Positions 35,554 through 44,334 of a DNA stretch of 64,000 nt are shown piece by piece (position 1 is the stretch's first letter; each line of letters begins with the position of its first letter). Origin of the DNA: Caldisericota bacterium (GTDB lineage: Bacteria; Caldisericota; Caldisericia; JAAYUI01). Made by a program: the position numbers and the translations under genes. The stretch covers positions 160,001-224,000 of the forward strand of contig JAKPMO010000002.1 in the NCBI GenBank assembly GCA_029548865.1. Direction: 5' to 3'. The notes beneath the pieces were generated by a model, which was given only the letters and a program-made list of their open reading frames with translations, was not told the origin of the DNA and made no database searches.

Positions 35554-36426
35554 ATGATAGACTACATCGACAAAATACAGGGTGCAATAGATTTTGTGGA
35601 AGCAAAACTCAAAGAGGATGTCAGGCTTAACGATGTTGCTTTTGAAGCTGGTTTTTCATCCTTCCACTTCCACAGGATTTTCCTTGCCAATGTCGGTGAA
35701 ACGGTCACCGAGTATGTGAGAAAAAGAAGGCTTTCAGAAGCTGCGCGCGAGCTGATGGAAACCAATCGAAGAATACTTGATATTGCTGTCGACTATCAAT
35801 TTGAAAGCCAGGAGGCTTTCACAAGGGCCTTCAAAAAAATGTTTTTTATGTCTCCAGGACAGTGCAGACGGGAGAAACCTGCTATATGTCTATTCCTTAA
35901 GAGGTGCTTAGACAGAGAAGGCCTGAAATTCATGAGAGGAGAAAAAATAGAAGTGGAATCAAAAATACTCGAACTTGGTGAAGTAAAGGCCATTGGACTC
36001 AGATGTTATGGCGATGTTAGAGAAAATGGATTGAAACAAGAAATAAAACAACTTTGGGAGAAATTCAATAAAGTGGCAAGTTCCGTAAAAAACATAAGTA
36101 AGCCCGGTGTTGCGCTTGGAATTTGTTCAATGATTGAGGGTGAGGAGCCATATATAATGGAATACGTTTGCTCTATGAAAGTCGATGATTTCTCGGATGT
36201 GCCTCGAGGAATGGTTATCAGAAAACTCTCTCCTCAAAAATATGCTGTTTTTACGCATAAAGGTAAGCTTGATAAAGTTGGGCAAACCTATGATTATATA
36301 TATCAAACATGGCTTCCCCAGTCAGGATGCGAACTCATTGATGCTCCTGATTTTGAATTATACGACGATCGGTTTGCTCCTGATAAGGATGAGTCAGAAT
36401 TTGATATCTATATCTCGATAAAATAG
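35554..36426 (+). CDS. AraC family regulator with GyrI-like effector domain, copy 2
   Basis: Paralog of 34549 with the same MIDYIDKIQGAI start. Confidence 0.92.
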   Translation: MIDYIDKIQGAIDFVEAKLKEDVRLNDVAFEAGFSSFHFHRIFLANVGETVTEYVRKRRLSEAARELMETNRRILDIAVDYQFESQEAFTRAFKKMFFMSPGQCRREKPAICLFLKRCLDREGLKFMRGEKIEVESKILELGEVKAIGLRCYGDVRENGLKQEIKQLWEKFNKVASSVKNISKPGVALGICSMIEGEEPYIMEYVCSMKVDDFSDVPRGMVIRKLSPQKYAVFTHKGKLDKVGQTYDYIYQTWLPQSGCELIDAPDFELYDDRFAPDKDESEFDIYISIK

Positions 36427-36450
36427 AATCCTGGATTTAGCAAAAAATTG

Positions 36451-36476
36451 AGGGGATGGTTTTCCATCCCCTTTTT
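36451..36476 (+). terminator. Rho-independent terminator
   Basis: AGGGGATGG-tttt-CCATCCCCTTTTT. Confidence 0.8.
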
Positions 36477-36527
36477 CCATATAATCACACCATTGCTTTT
36501 TCTTTAATGTAACCAATTTAAGAGCTA

Positions 36528-36581
36528 TTGACAAAATTATATTTCTGAGTTAATTTTGTGGCAAATACCCCATAGGGGTAT
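36528..36581 (+). promoter_or_regulatory. Sigma70 promoter plus CsoR/CstR-family operator of the dsrE-tusA operon
   Basis: TTGACA-N17-TAATTT (36528-36556), then the palindrome ATACCCC-ata-GGGGTAT (36565-36581) immediately before SD AAGGAGG. Confidence 0.82.
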
Positions 36582-36593
36582 AAAGGAGGTTGC

Positions 36594-37073
36594 ATGGCCG
36601 AGAAAGCTACCATCGTAGTGTTTTCTGGTGATCTTGACAAAGTGCTGGCCGCTTTTGTCATAGCCACGGGTTGCGCTGCCCAGGGCATGGAAGTAACGAT
36701 GTTTTATACCTTTTGGGGGCTTAATGTTGTCAAGAAGGACAAAGGCCCAATAGCAGGTGCCAAAAACTGGATGCAGAAAATGATGGGGATGATGAACAGG
36801 GGTGGCATAAGCAGATTGCCACTGTCAAAATTCAACATGGCAGGAATGGGCAGATCAATGATGAAAAAATTGATGAAAAAAACAAACGTGGCCTCACTTA
36901 GCGAAATGCTTGCGATGGCAAGAGACCTTGACGTAAAGATGTGGGCGTGCAAGATGAGCATGGATGTCATGGGTGTGGCAAAAGAAGACTTGATACCAGA
37001 AGTGGACAAGATTGTTGGTGTTGCCGCATACGCAGCAGAAGCACAACAATCCAAAATCAATCTTTTCATCTGA
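36594..37073 (+). CDS. DsrE2/DsrE3-like (YrkE-like) sulfurtransferase
   Basis: IVVFSGDLDK, MFYTFWGLN, LSKFNMAGMG, ACKMSMDVMG, NLFI. Confidence 0.9.
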   Translation: MAEKATIVVFSGDLDKVLAAFVIATGCAAQGMEVTMFYTFWGLNVVKKDKGPIAGAKNWMQKMMGMMNRGGISRLPLSKFNMAGMGRSMMKKLMKKTNVASLSEMLAMARDLDVKMWACKMSMDVMGVAKEDLIPEVDKIVGVAAYAAEAQQSKINLFI

Positions 37074-37087
37074 GGAAGGAGCCATAA

Positions 37088-37321
37088 ATGAACTTCGATG
37101 TTGAACTAAATACGCTTGGAATGCAATGCCCGGTGCCGATAGTCAAGACGGCAAAGAAGATGAAAGAACTACAAATTGGGCAGATCCTGAAAGTGATCTC
37201 TGATGATGAGGGCATAAAAGAGGACATGCCGGCATGGTGCAAGACAACCGGCAATGAATTCCTTGGCCTTGAGGAATCAGGTGGCCAGTACACTGTTTAC
37301 GTCAAGAAGGTGGTAGGGTGA
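37088..37321 (+). CDS. tusA: Sulfur carrier TusA/SirA
   Basis: LNTLGMQCPVPIV, DD..DMPAWC..TGN. Confidence 0.9.
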   Translation: MNFDVELNTLGMQCPVPIVKTAKKMKELQIGQILKVISDDEGIKEDMPAWCKTTGNEFLGLEESGGQYTVYVKKVVG

Positions 37322-37668
37322 AATTAGGGATCGTTGTTCTTACTACGCCGTACACTTTTCAGAACATGGACACAGCCATTTCACTTGCAGGTGCTGCGCT
37401 TGAAAAGGGCCACCAGGCCATGATCTTTTTGTACATGGACGGTGTTATAGCCGCATCAAACCTCATCAAGCCTGGAAATGACAGGAGCATCCCGATAAAG
37501 ATGCAGTCACTTATTGAAAAGGGTGTCAAAATAACGCCTTGTGGTGTTTGTTGTAATTACAGGGGCGTTCGCCAGGCGGACAGCCAGCCAGGCATCAAGC
37601 ATGCTGGCATTGCGGCCCTTGGTCAACTCGTGAGCGAGTGCGATAGGGTTTTGACATTGGGGTTCTAA
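37318..37668 (+). CDS. DsrE/TusD family protein
   Basis: TTPY, IFLYMDGV, CGVCCNYRG (active Cys region), CDRVLTL. Confidence 0.85.
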   Translation: MKLGIVVLTTPYTFQNMDTAISLAGAALEKGHQAMIFLYMDGVIAASNLIKPGNDRSIPIKMQSLIEKGVKITPCGVCCNYRGVRQADSQPGIKHAGIAALGQLVSECDRVLTLGF

Positions 37669-37671
37669 AAG

Positions 37672-38028
37672 ATGGCAAAAAAAGTTGCAATCGTTGTTTC
37701 AAAAGCGCCATATGGCTCAGCAATCATGGGTGAGGCATTCAGGGCGGCCATGGGTCTTCCCTCTGTTGGTTTGGAAACCAACGTTGTTCTTGAGGGAGAC
37801 GCAGTGTTCGCACTTCTAAAAGACCAAAAGCCGAAAGAAGCTCTGGATTTCGGGAGCCTTCATGATGCGTGGCTGCAATTTGAGGACTATGGGTTCAGCC
37901 TTTTTGTTCACAAGCCTTCGGTTGAAGCCAGGGGATTGACCTGTGAACAGCTTTCTCATTGCCAGACACTGGATGATTCCGAATTCAAAAAGATGCTCCG
38001 CGACATGGATGCGATATTGAGGTTCTGA
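37672..38028 (+). CDS. DsrF/TusC family protein
   Basis: KAPYGS..EAFR, GDAVFALLK.Q, SVEARG, D.ILRF. Confidence 0.82.
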   Translation: MAKKVAIVVSKAPYGSAIMGEAFRAAMGLPSVGLETNVVLEGDAVFALLKDQKPKEALDFGSLHDAWLQFEDYGFSLFVHKPSVEARGLTCEQLSHCQTLDDSEFKKMLRDMDAILRF

Positions 38029-38029
38029 C

Positions 38030-38332
38030 ATGGAAAAGAAAATGTTTATAATGCTGACAAAATCTCCATACGGGTGTGAAGAAGGCAAAATAAGGATTTC
38101 AAACGCGCTTGCCGGAGATGTGGTAGTGTTTGCCCAGGATTCGGTCTATGCGGCAACAAATCCGCCAGGCGAGCTTGCAGAATTGGTCAAGTCCAAAATG
38201 TCAGAAGGAATAAAGTTTTATGCCTCTGGGCCTGATTGCAAAGCCAGAGGTGTTGAGCCAAAATTTGGTATAAAACAAATTGGTTATCCTGAAATGATTG
38301 ATCTGATAATGGAGCGCCAGCTCTCGTATTAG
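38030..38332 (+). CDS. DsrH/TusB family protein
   Basis: KSPY, QDSVY, D.KARG, IGYPEMIDLI. Confidence 0.8.
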   Translation: MEKKMFIMLTKSPYGCEEGKIRISNALAGDVVVFAQDSVYAATNPPGELAELVKSKMSEGIKFYASGPDCKARGVEPKFGIKQIGYPEMIDLIMERQLSY

Positions 38333-38499
38333 AGTGACAGGTGGAACAGGGCAAAGCTGAACTCAATAAGGTTTTGCCCTGTATAACACAATTTCCGAAA
38401 ACCACTTCTTAAGAAAGAAACAGTTATTTTTTTATTTGTCCTGATAGGCATTCATTTTTTTGGCAATATCCAGGCCCCATGTTTTTGCCTGTTTTTTAT

Positions 38500-38613
38500 T
38501 TGACAAAACACAGTGGCATCTATAAACTGGCTTAGTTACAAAACGCACATCGCGAAGGCTTTCGGTGAAAGTAAAAACAAGTCGCGATGGAGGCAAAACC
38601 GAAAGGAGCATCA
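38500..38613 (+). promoter_or_regulatory. rpsB promoter and structured S2 autoregulatory leader
   Basis: TTGACA-N17-TAAACT. Leader CGCAC-ATCGCGA..TCGCGATG-GAGG..AAACC has a stem and flanks like known rpsB leaders. Confidence 0.65.
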
Positions 38614-39468
38614 ATGAGCGTAGTAAACATGAAACACCTGCTTGAGGCAGGAGTGCACTTCGGCCACCAGACAAAGAGGTGGAACCCCAAAATGCGTCCA
38701 TTTATTTTTACGGCACGCAATGGAATTCACATTATTGATCTTAGAATCACAGCTGAAAAATGCGAGCAGGCGTATGCCACAGTGAGGCAGATTGCCCAAT
38801 CAGGCGGAAACATTGTTTTTGTCGGCACAAAGAAACAGGCCCAGGACATAGTAAAAGACGAGGCAAAAAGGTGTGGGGCCCATTATGTGAACCAGCGCTG
38901 GTTTGGCGGAACACTCACCAATTTCATCACAATCCATACCAGGATTGAAAAACTCCGCGAGCTTGAAGAAAAAGAAGTCACCGGCGAGCTGAAGCGTCTT
39001 CCAATCAAGGAATATATGGGCTACAAGAAGGAAAGAGAGAAACTCCAGAAGTTCCTCGATGGACTTCGCAATATGGACACTCTTCCGCAGGCCATTTTTG
39101 TCACTGATACCCACAAGGACCGTGCCGCAATAATCGAAGCCCGCAAGCAGAATATTACCGTAATAGCCATTGTGGACACCAACTCTGATCCTGATGAAAT
39201 TGACATCCCGATCCCAGGCAATGACGATGCCATCCGTTCAATAAAATTCTTCACCCAGCTGATTGCAAGCGCCATGATCGAAGGACGCGAGGGTGTTGAT
39301 GTAATGAGACCATCAGAGGAAGACGAAGAAGAGAGCGAAACGGTTTCGATGGAAGAAGTTGTTGCACAGGAAGTCTTGATAGACAATATAGAGAATTTCG
39401 ATGGCTCGGAAGAAGTCAAAAAACCTGATGTCGAAGTCAAATATTCCCAATATGACGAGGAGGAATAG
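38614..39468 (+). CDS. rpsB: 30S ribosomal protein S2
   Basis: LLEAGVHFGHQT.RWNPKM, FVGTKKQA, IPGNDDAIRS, acidic tail. Confidence 0.98.
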   Translation: MSVVNMKHLLEAGVHFGHQTKRWNPKMRPFIFTARNGIHIIDLRITAEKCEQAYATVRQIAQSGGNIVFVGTKKQAQDIVKDEAKRCGAHYVNQRWFGGTLTNFITIHTRIEKLRELEEKEVTGELKRLPIKEYMGYKKEREKLQKFLDGLRNMDTLPQAIFVTDTHKDRAAIIEARKQNITVIAIVDTNSDPDEIDIPIPGNDDAIRSIKFFTQLIASAMIEGREGVDVMRPSEEDEEESETVSMEEVVAQEVLIDNIENFDGSEEVKKPDVEVKYSQYDEEE

Positions 39469-39473
39469 CCCAG

Positions 39474-40337
39474 ATGGAAAATACTTCTGAACTTATAAAA
39501 GCACTAAGAGAGCGCACTGGCGCTGGAATTATGGAGTGCAAGAAGGCCCTCACTGAAACAAAAGGCGATCTTGAAAAGGCAATTGACCTTCTCAGGCAGA
39601 AAGGCATTGCAAAGGCCGCAAAGAAGGCCGAGAGGGAAACCTCTGAAGGCAGGATTGGAACTGCAACCTCTTCTGACAGGAAGCGCGTTTCATTCGTAAA
39701 GCTTTCATGTGAAACAGATTTTGTTGCCAAAAACGAGCTTTTTGCAGACCTGGTAAACAATATCGCAAAGGCTGTTCTTGATGCAAACACTGATGACATC
39801 AACAAAATCCTTGCTCTTCCATACCCAGGTGGCAAGGGCAGCATTGATGAGCAGATAAAAGAACTGATCGGCAAGATCGGTGAAAATATGCAGCTGCAGG
39901 AAGCAACGATCATCGATGCTCAAAAAGGCATCATTGATGTCTATGCTCACCTTGGCAACAAGCTTGCCGTAATGGTCGAGATTCATTCTGACAAACAGGA
40001 CGTGGAGGAGTTGACAAAACTTGCCCACGAGCTGGCGATGCAGATCGCAATTGACAACCCAGACTATGTTTGCAGGGAAGAAGTCCCGACAGACGTTGTT
40101 GACAGGGAACGTGAAGTTATAAAAGCCAGCCCAGAACTTGCATCAAAGCCTGATGCAGTAAAGGAAAAAATCGTGGACGGAAAGCTTGGCGCTTTCTTCG
40201 GAACATGCTGCCTGCTTGAACTCCCATACATGCGTGATGGTAGCATCAAGATCAAGGACATTGTTTCCGAAACTTCCAAGAAACTTGGCGCAAAAGTCGA
40301 CGTCATTTGCTTCAAGAGGGCCTCAATCGGTAAATAA
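39474..40337 (+). CDS. tsf: Elongation factor Ts
   Basis: [28 protein letters not shown]. Confidence 0.97.
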   Translation: MENTSELIKALRERTGAGIMECKKALTETKGDLEKAIDLLRQKGIAKAAKKAERETSEGRIGTATSSDRKRVSFVKLSCETDFVAKNELFADLVNNIAKAVLDANTDDINKILALPYPGGKGSIDEQIKELIGKIGENMQLQEATIIDAQKGIIDVYAHLGNKLAVMVEIHSDKQDVEELTKLAHELAMQIAIDNPDYVCREEVPTDVVDREREVIKASPELASKPDAVKEKIVDGKLGAFFGTCCLLELPYMRDGSIKIKDIVSETSKKLGAKVDVICFKRASIGK

Positions 40338-40339
40338 CC

Positions 40340-41083
40340 ATGGGAGACCCAGCGCACAGTCAGCTTAAGCCGAAATACAAAAGGATTCTGCTAAAGCTAT
40401 CCGGCGAAGCGCTTTTAGGCGAACAGCCCTATGGCATTGATATAAAATATATCAATGATGTATCAAAAATACTTATCGACCTCCACAACAACGGTGTGGA
40501 GGTCGCTATTGTAGTTGGGGGCGGAAATATCTGGAGGGGTTCAGCTGGTGTTGCGCTTGGAATGGACCAGGTTCAGGCCGACTATATGGGCATGCTTGCA
40601 ACGGTCATGAATGGCCTTGCACTCCAGACAGTCATAGAAAAACTTGGTGTACCCACAAGATTGCAAACTGCAATAGCCATGCATGAGATTGCAGAGCCTT
40701 TCATCCAGAGGAGGGCGATCAGGCACCTTGAAAAGGGCAGAATCGTCATCTTTGCGGCAGGGACCGGAAATCCGTTCTTCACATCGGACACTGCCGCAGC
40801 TTTGAGGGCGGCGGAGGTTCGAGCTGATTGCCTTCTCAAAGCAACGAAAACTGATGGCATATACACTGATGATCCAGCCAAAAAAAGGGACGACATCAAG
40901 AAACTCACAAATATATCCTACACGAAGATCTTGGCCGACAACCTGAGGGTCATGGATGGTGCAGCCGTATCAATTTGCAGGGACAATAAAATTCCAATAA
41001 TTGTGTTTTCTATAGCTGAACCTGAAAATATCTACAAAGTTGTTATGGGTGAAGAAATAGGTTCAATAGTGGAAGGGGGCTAA
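40340..41083 (+). CDS. pyrH: UMP kinase
   Basis: [29 protein letters not shown]. Confidence 0.97.
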   Translation: MGDPAHSQLKPKYKRILLKLSGEALLGEQPYGIDIKYINDVSKILIDLHNNGVEVAIVVGGGNIWRGSAGVALGMDQVQADYMGMLATVMNGLALQTVIEKLGVPTRLQTAIAMHEIAEPFIQRRAIRHLEKGRIVIFAAGTGNPFFTSDTAAALRAAEVRADCLLKATKTDGIYTDDPAKKRDDIKKLTNISYTKILADNLRVMDGAAVSICRDNKIPIIVFSIAEPENIYKVVMGEEIGSIVEGG

Positions 41084-41085
41084 AT

Positions 41086-41634
41086 ATGGACACCAAAACA
41101 TTGCAGGATCACATGGAGAAAACGATTGGTTCGCTTCAGCAAAATTTTGTGGGGCTGAGGGCTGGAAGGGTAACGCCTGCAATAGTGGCCAAAGTCATGG
41201 TAAATGCCTATGGTTCCGAACTTCCACTTCCACAGGCTGGCAACATTGGCGTTCCAGATGGAAGAACCATGATCATCGAGCCGTGGGACAAATCCCTTAT
41301 TAAAGAGATAGTGACCGCATTACAGAAGGCAAATCTGGGTGCAAACCCAACATCTGATGGCAATCTTATAAGGCTGCCATTTCCTCCGCTTTCGCAAGAA
41401 AGAAGGCAGGAGCTCGCCAAGATGGTCAAAAAATATGGCGAGGACGCCAAGGTGGCGATCCGCAACATCAGAAGGGATGCCATAGAGCAGGTCAAAAAAG
41501 CAGAGAAGAGCAAAGAAATCTCTGAGGACGAAAGATTCAAAAGGGAAGAGGAAATCCAGAAAACCACCGACAAATACTCAAAAAAGGTGGATGAGCTGGT
41601 GGTCCAAAAGGAAAAGGAAATCCTAGAAAGTTGA
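41086..41634 (+). CDS. frr: Ribosome recycling factor
   Basis: LRAGR, PPLSQERR, AKVAIRNIRRD. Confidence 0.97.
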   Translation: MDTKTLQDHMEKTIGSLQQNFVGLRAGRVTPAIVAKVMVNAYGSELPLPQAGNIGVPDGRTMIIEPWDKSLIKEIVTALQKANLGANPTSDGNLIRLPFPPLSQERRQELAKMVKKYGEDAKVAIRNIRRDAIEQVKKAEKSKEISEDERFKREEEIQKTTDKYSKKVDELVVQKEKEILES

Positions 41635-42335
41635 CAAGAACCAAAATCCCAAGGCACATAGCCATCATAATGGATGGCAATGGTCGGTGGGCGACCATGC
41701 GTGGTCTCCCGAGGATTGCGGGCCATAAGCAGGGTGTTGTTTCTGTCAGAAAAACAATAGAAAAAGCTGCTTCAATTGGAATTGAGGTTTTATCACTCTA
41801 TTGTTTTTCAACTGAAAATTGGTCAAGGCCCAGCGAAGAAGTCCAGTTTCTCATGAACACATTTTTGGAGACCCTCTACGAAGAGAGACCCAGAATGCTT
41901 GCAAACAATATCCGGTTCATGATGATTGGCGACAGGACGTCACTTTCTCCTGATCTGGTAAAAACCACCGAAAACCTCGAAAACGAAACAAAAGGCAATA
42001 CTGGTCTGAAACTTGTTCTTGCCATAAATTATGGCGGCAGGAGCGAGCTTTTAAGGGCAATCAAGGGGATTGCATCTGATGGTGTTCCTCCAGATAAAAT
42101 TACTGAAGAAACTGTAAGAGAGAGGCTCTACACAGTAGAGTTGCCCGACCCTGACCTTATAATCAGGACTTCAGGCGAGATGAGGCTTTCAAACTACATG
42201 ATATGGCAATCTGCTTACTCAGAGCTTCTTTTTATGAAAAAGCTCTGGCCTGATTTTCGGGAGAGAGACTTGATGAGTGCAATTGCCGTTTATTCCAGAA
42301 GACAGAGAAGGTTTGGTGGACTGGGAGGCAAATGA
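41631..42335 (+). CDS. uppS: Undecaprenyl diphosphate synthase
   Basis: HIAIIMDGNGRWA, FSTENW, RTSGEMRLSNY, RRFGG. Confidence 0.96.
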   Translation: MTRTKIPRHIAIIMDGNGRWATMRGLPRIAGHKQGVVSVRKTIEKAASIGIEVLSLYCFSTENWSRPSEEVQFLMNTFLETLYEERPRMLANNIRFMMIGDRTSLSPDLVKTTENLENETKGNTGLKLVLAINYGGRSELLRAIKGIASDGVPPDKITEETVRERLYTVELPDPDLIIRTSGEMRLSNYMIWQSAYSELLFMKKLWPDFRERDLMSAIAVYSRRQRRFGGLGGK

Positions 42336-43186
42336 ACCAGAAAATCCAACGTGTTGTAACGGCAGTTGTTCTTGTCCCGCTGGCAATTGGCCTGACCTAC
42401 CTTTCAGGCTGGTTTTTCCTGTGCGCAGTCATCTTGTTGTCCAGCATGGCAATTGTCGAGATGTCCAAAATGGCCAGAAAAACTGCAAAATCACCCCAGA
42501 TTGTTCCTCTCCTTGTTGTGAACCTGGCCATACAGATAATGGCCTATTACAGGTCATGGTATCTGGTTTTGGGAACAGTTTTCTTGTTCCTTGTTTTTTT
42601 GTATCTTGTCGAGATTTTTAGGGGCAATCCTGATGGTTCAATGTCTAGGATTGGCGGCAATCTCTATATCCTTGGCATTGGCATGCTCTTTGTTTTCTTC
42701 ACGCTTATTGAAACCTGCTCGCCTGATCCAATGGGAACAAAGGCCTCGGGATGGAGATTCATGACGACCCTTCTGGCTGGCATCTGGAGCTTTGATACGT
42801 TCTCATATTTTGGTGGAATGCTTTTTGGAAGACACAAGATGGCGCCAAATGTTTCCCCCGGAAAAACCTGGGAAGGTTTTGTTACTGGGGTAGTTTTTGG
42901 GGTTGGTGTTTTTGTCATTGTGGGGTGGTTGCTCCTCAGAAACGCGCACCCGTGGTTTGGCTGGCTAAAACTCACTGCCAGCGGGACTTGTATTGTCTTG
43001 CTTGGCACCATCGGCGATCTTGGAGAGTCGCTCCTCAAGAGGGACTCCAGAATGAAAGATTCTGGCAATATCATTGCTGGCCATGGTGGCGTGCTTGACA
43101 GGCTGGATTCGCTTATTGTTGCCGCCCCTGGGTTCTTTTTTATACTGGCATATTTCTTTTTGAGCTCCGGAAAGGTGTTTTTGTGA
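42332..43186 (+). CDS. cdsA: Phosphatidate cytidylyltransferase
   Basis: SPGKTWEG, GDLGESLLKR..KDSG..GHGGVLDRLD. Confidence 0.95.
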   Translation: MNQKIQRVVTAVVLVPLAIGLTYLSGWFFLCAVILLSSMAIVEMSKMARKTAKSPQIVPLLVVNLAIQIMAYYRSWYLVLGTVFLFLVFLYLVEIFRGNPDGSMSRIGGNLYILGIGMLFVFFTLIETCSPDPMGTKASGWRFMTTLLAGIWSFDTFSYFGGMLFGRHKMAPNVSPGKTWEGFVTGVVFGVGVFVIVGWLLLRNAHPWFGWLKLTASGTCIVLLGTIGDLGESLLKRDSRMKDSGNIIAGHGGVLDRLDSLIVAAPGFFFILAYFFLSSGKVFL

Positions 43187-44334
43187 AGAGAATTGCCATA
43201 ATTGGTTCCACTGGCTCCATAGGTATGCAGGCGCTTGATGTAATCAAATCCAATTATGCCAATTTCAGGGTCGTTGCCCTTGCCTCGCACAAGAATGATG
43301 CCCTGCTCTCGGAGCAGTTGTCCGTATTTGGCGCCAAGATGGCCTGTTTGTATGACAGGGAGGCCTCATCGAGGCTGAAAGCCAGAGAAAGAGGGATTAC
43401 GGTGCTTTCCGGCGACCAGGGGCTGATTGAAATTGCAAATCTTGACATAGATCTTCTGCTTGTGGCAGGCAATGGCCCATCAATGATAGAGCCAACCTTC
43501 GAGGCCCTGAGAAATGGGACAAGGGTCGCGCTTGCAACAAAAGAAGTTGTTGTTTGTGCCGGTCACCTCATTGAGCCATCAAATTATGAGGAGAAAATCA
43601 TTCCTGTCGACTCCGAGCCTTCAGCAATTTTCCAGAGCCTTATTGGTGAGGACAGGTGTAGGATAAAAGAAATATTACTCACAGCCTCTGGTGGCCCATT
43701 TTTTAGCAAAGGGATGACCTGGAACCAGCTTTCACACGTAAGGCCAGAAGATGCCCTGAAACACCCAAAGTGGAAGATGGGCAAGAGGATTACCATAGAT
43801 TCAGCAACACTTGTAAACAAGGGGCTTGAGCTCATTGAAGTTTGCAGGATGTTTGATGTTCCGCCAGAAAAGGTCAGGGTGCTGGTCCATCCACAGGCAG
43901 AGGTGCATTCAGGGGTCATAATGGTTGATGGCTCCGCTAAATTGCAGGCCTCTCCGCCAGACATGCGGTACCCGATATCCTATGCCCTCCATTTTCCGAG
44001 TAGGACAGTGTCTGATCTTGATGGGCTCAAATTTCCGGCAAACTGGTCATTTGGTGAGTTGACCGGCGATGCCTCAAAGTCGGTTGCCCTTGCAAAATCG
44101 GCTTTTTCAAAGGGGCCACCATGGCTGGTTGCCTACACTGCGGCTGATGAGGCGGCAATTGAACTCTTCCTTTCGAAGTCTTTGTCTTTTGGCCTGATCC
44201 CGGAAGTCATTTCCAAGACCATGAGCCGAATTGAAAATATTGATCTTTCCAGCCCCCAAAAGATCACCTCCCACTACACCAATTGCAGGCAGATTGCGTT
44301 GGAGATAGGAAAAAAGCTATGTCAACAATACTAA
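43183..44334 (+). CDS. dxr: 1-deoxy-D-xylulose-5-phosphate reductoisomerase
   Basis: GSTGSIG, PVDSE, LTASGGPF, HP.W.MG..ITIDSAT..NKGLE. Confidence 0.95.
   Translation: MKRIAIIGSTGSIGMQALDVIKSNYANFRVVALASHKNDALLSEQLSVFGAKMACLYDREASSRLKARERGITVLSGDQGLIEIANLDIDLLLVAGNGPSMIEPTFEALRNGTRVALATKEVVVCAGHLIEPSNYEEKIIPVDSEPSAIFQSLIGEDRCRIKEILLTASGGPFFSKGMTWNQLSHVRPEDALKHPKWKMGKRITIDSATLVNKGLELIEVCRMFDVPPEKVRVLVHPQAEVHSGVIMVDGSAKLQASPPDMRYPISYALHFPSRTVSDLDGLKFPANWSFGELTGDASKSVALAKSAFSKGPPWLVAYTAADEAAIELFLSKSLSFGLIPEVISKTMSRIENIDLSSPQKITSHYTNCRQIALEIGKKLCQQY

Noticed and set aside
38346..38392. Hairpin ACAGGGCAAA..TTTGCCCTGT after dsrH as an sRNA or REP
   Set aside because: Single copy directly after the stop codon; most simply a terminator or stabilising stem.
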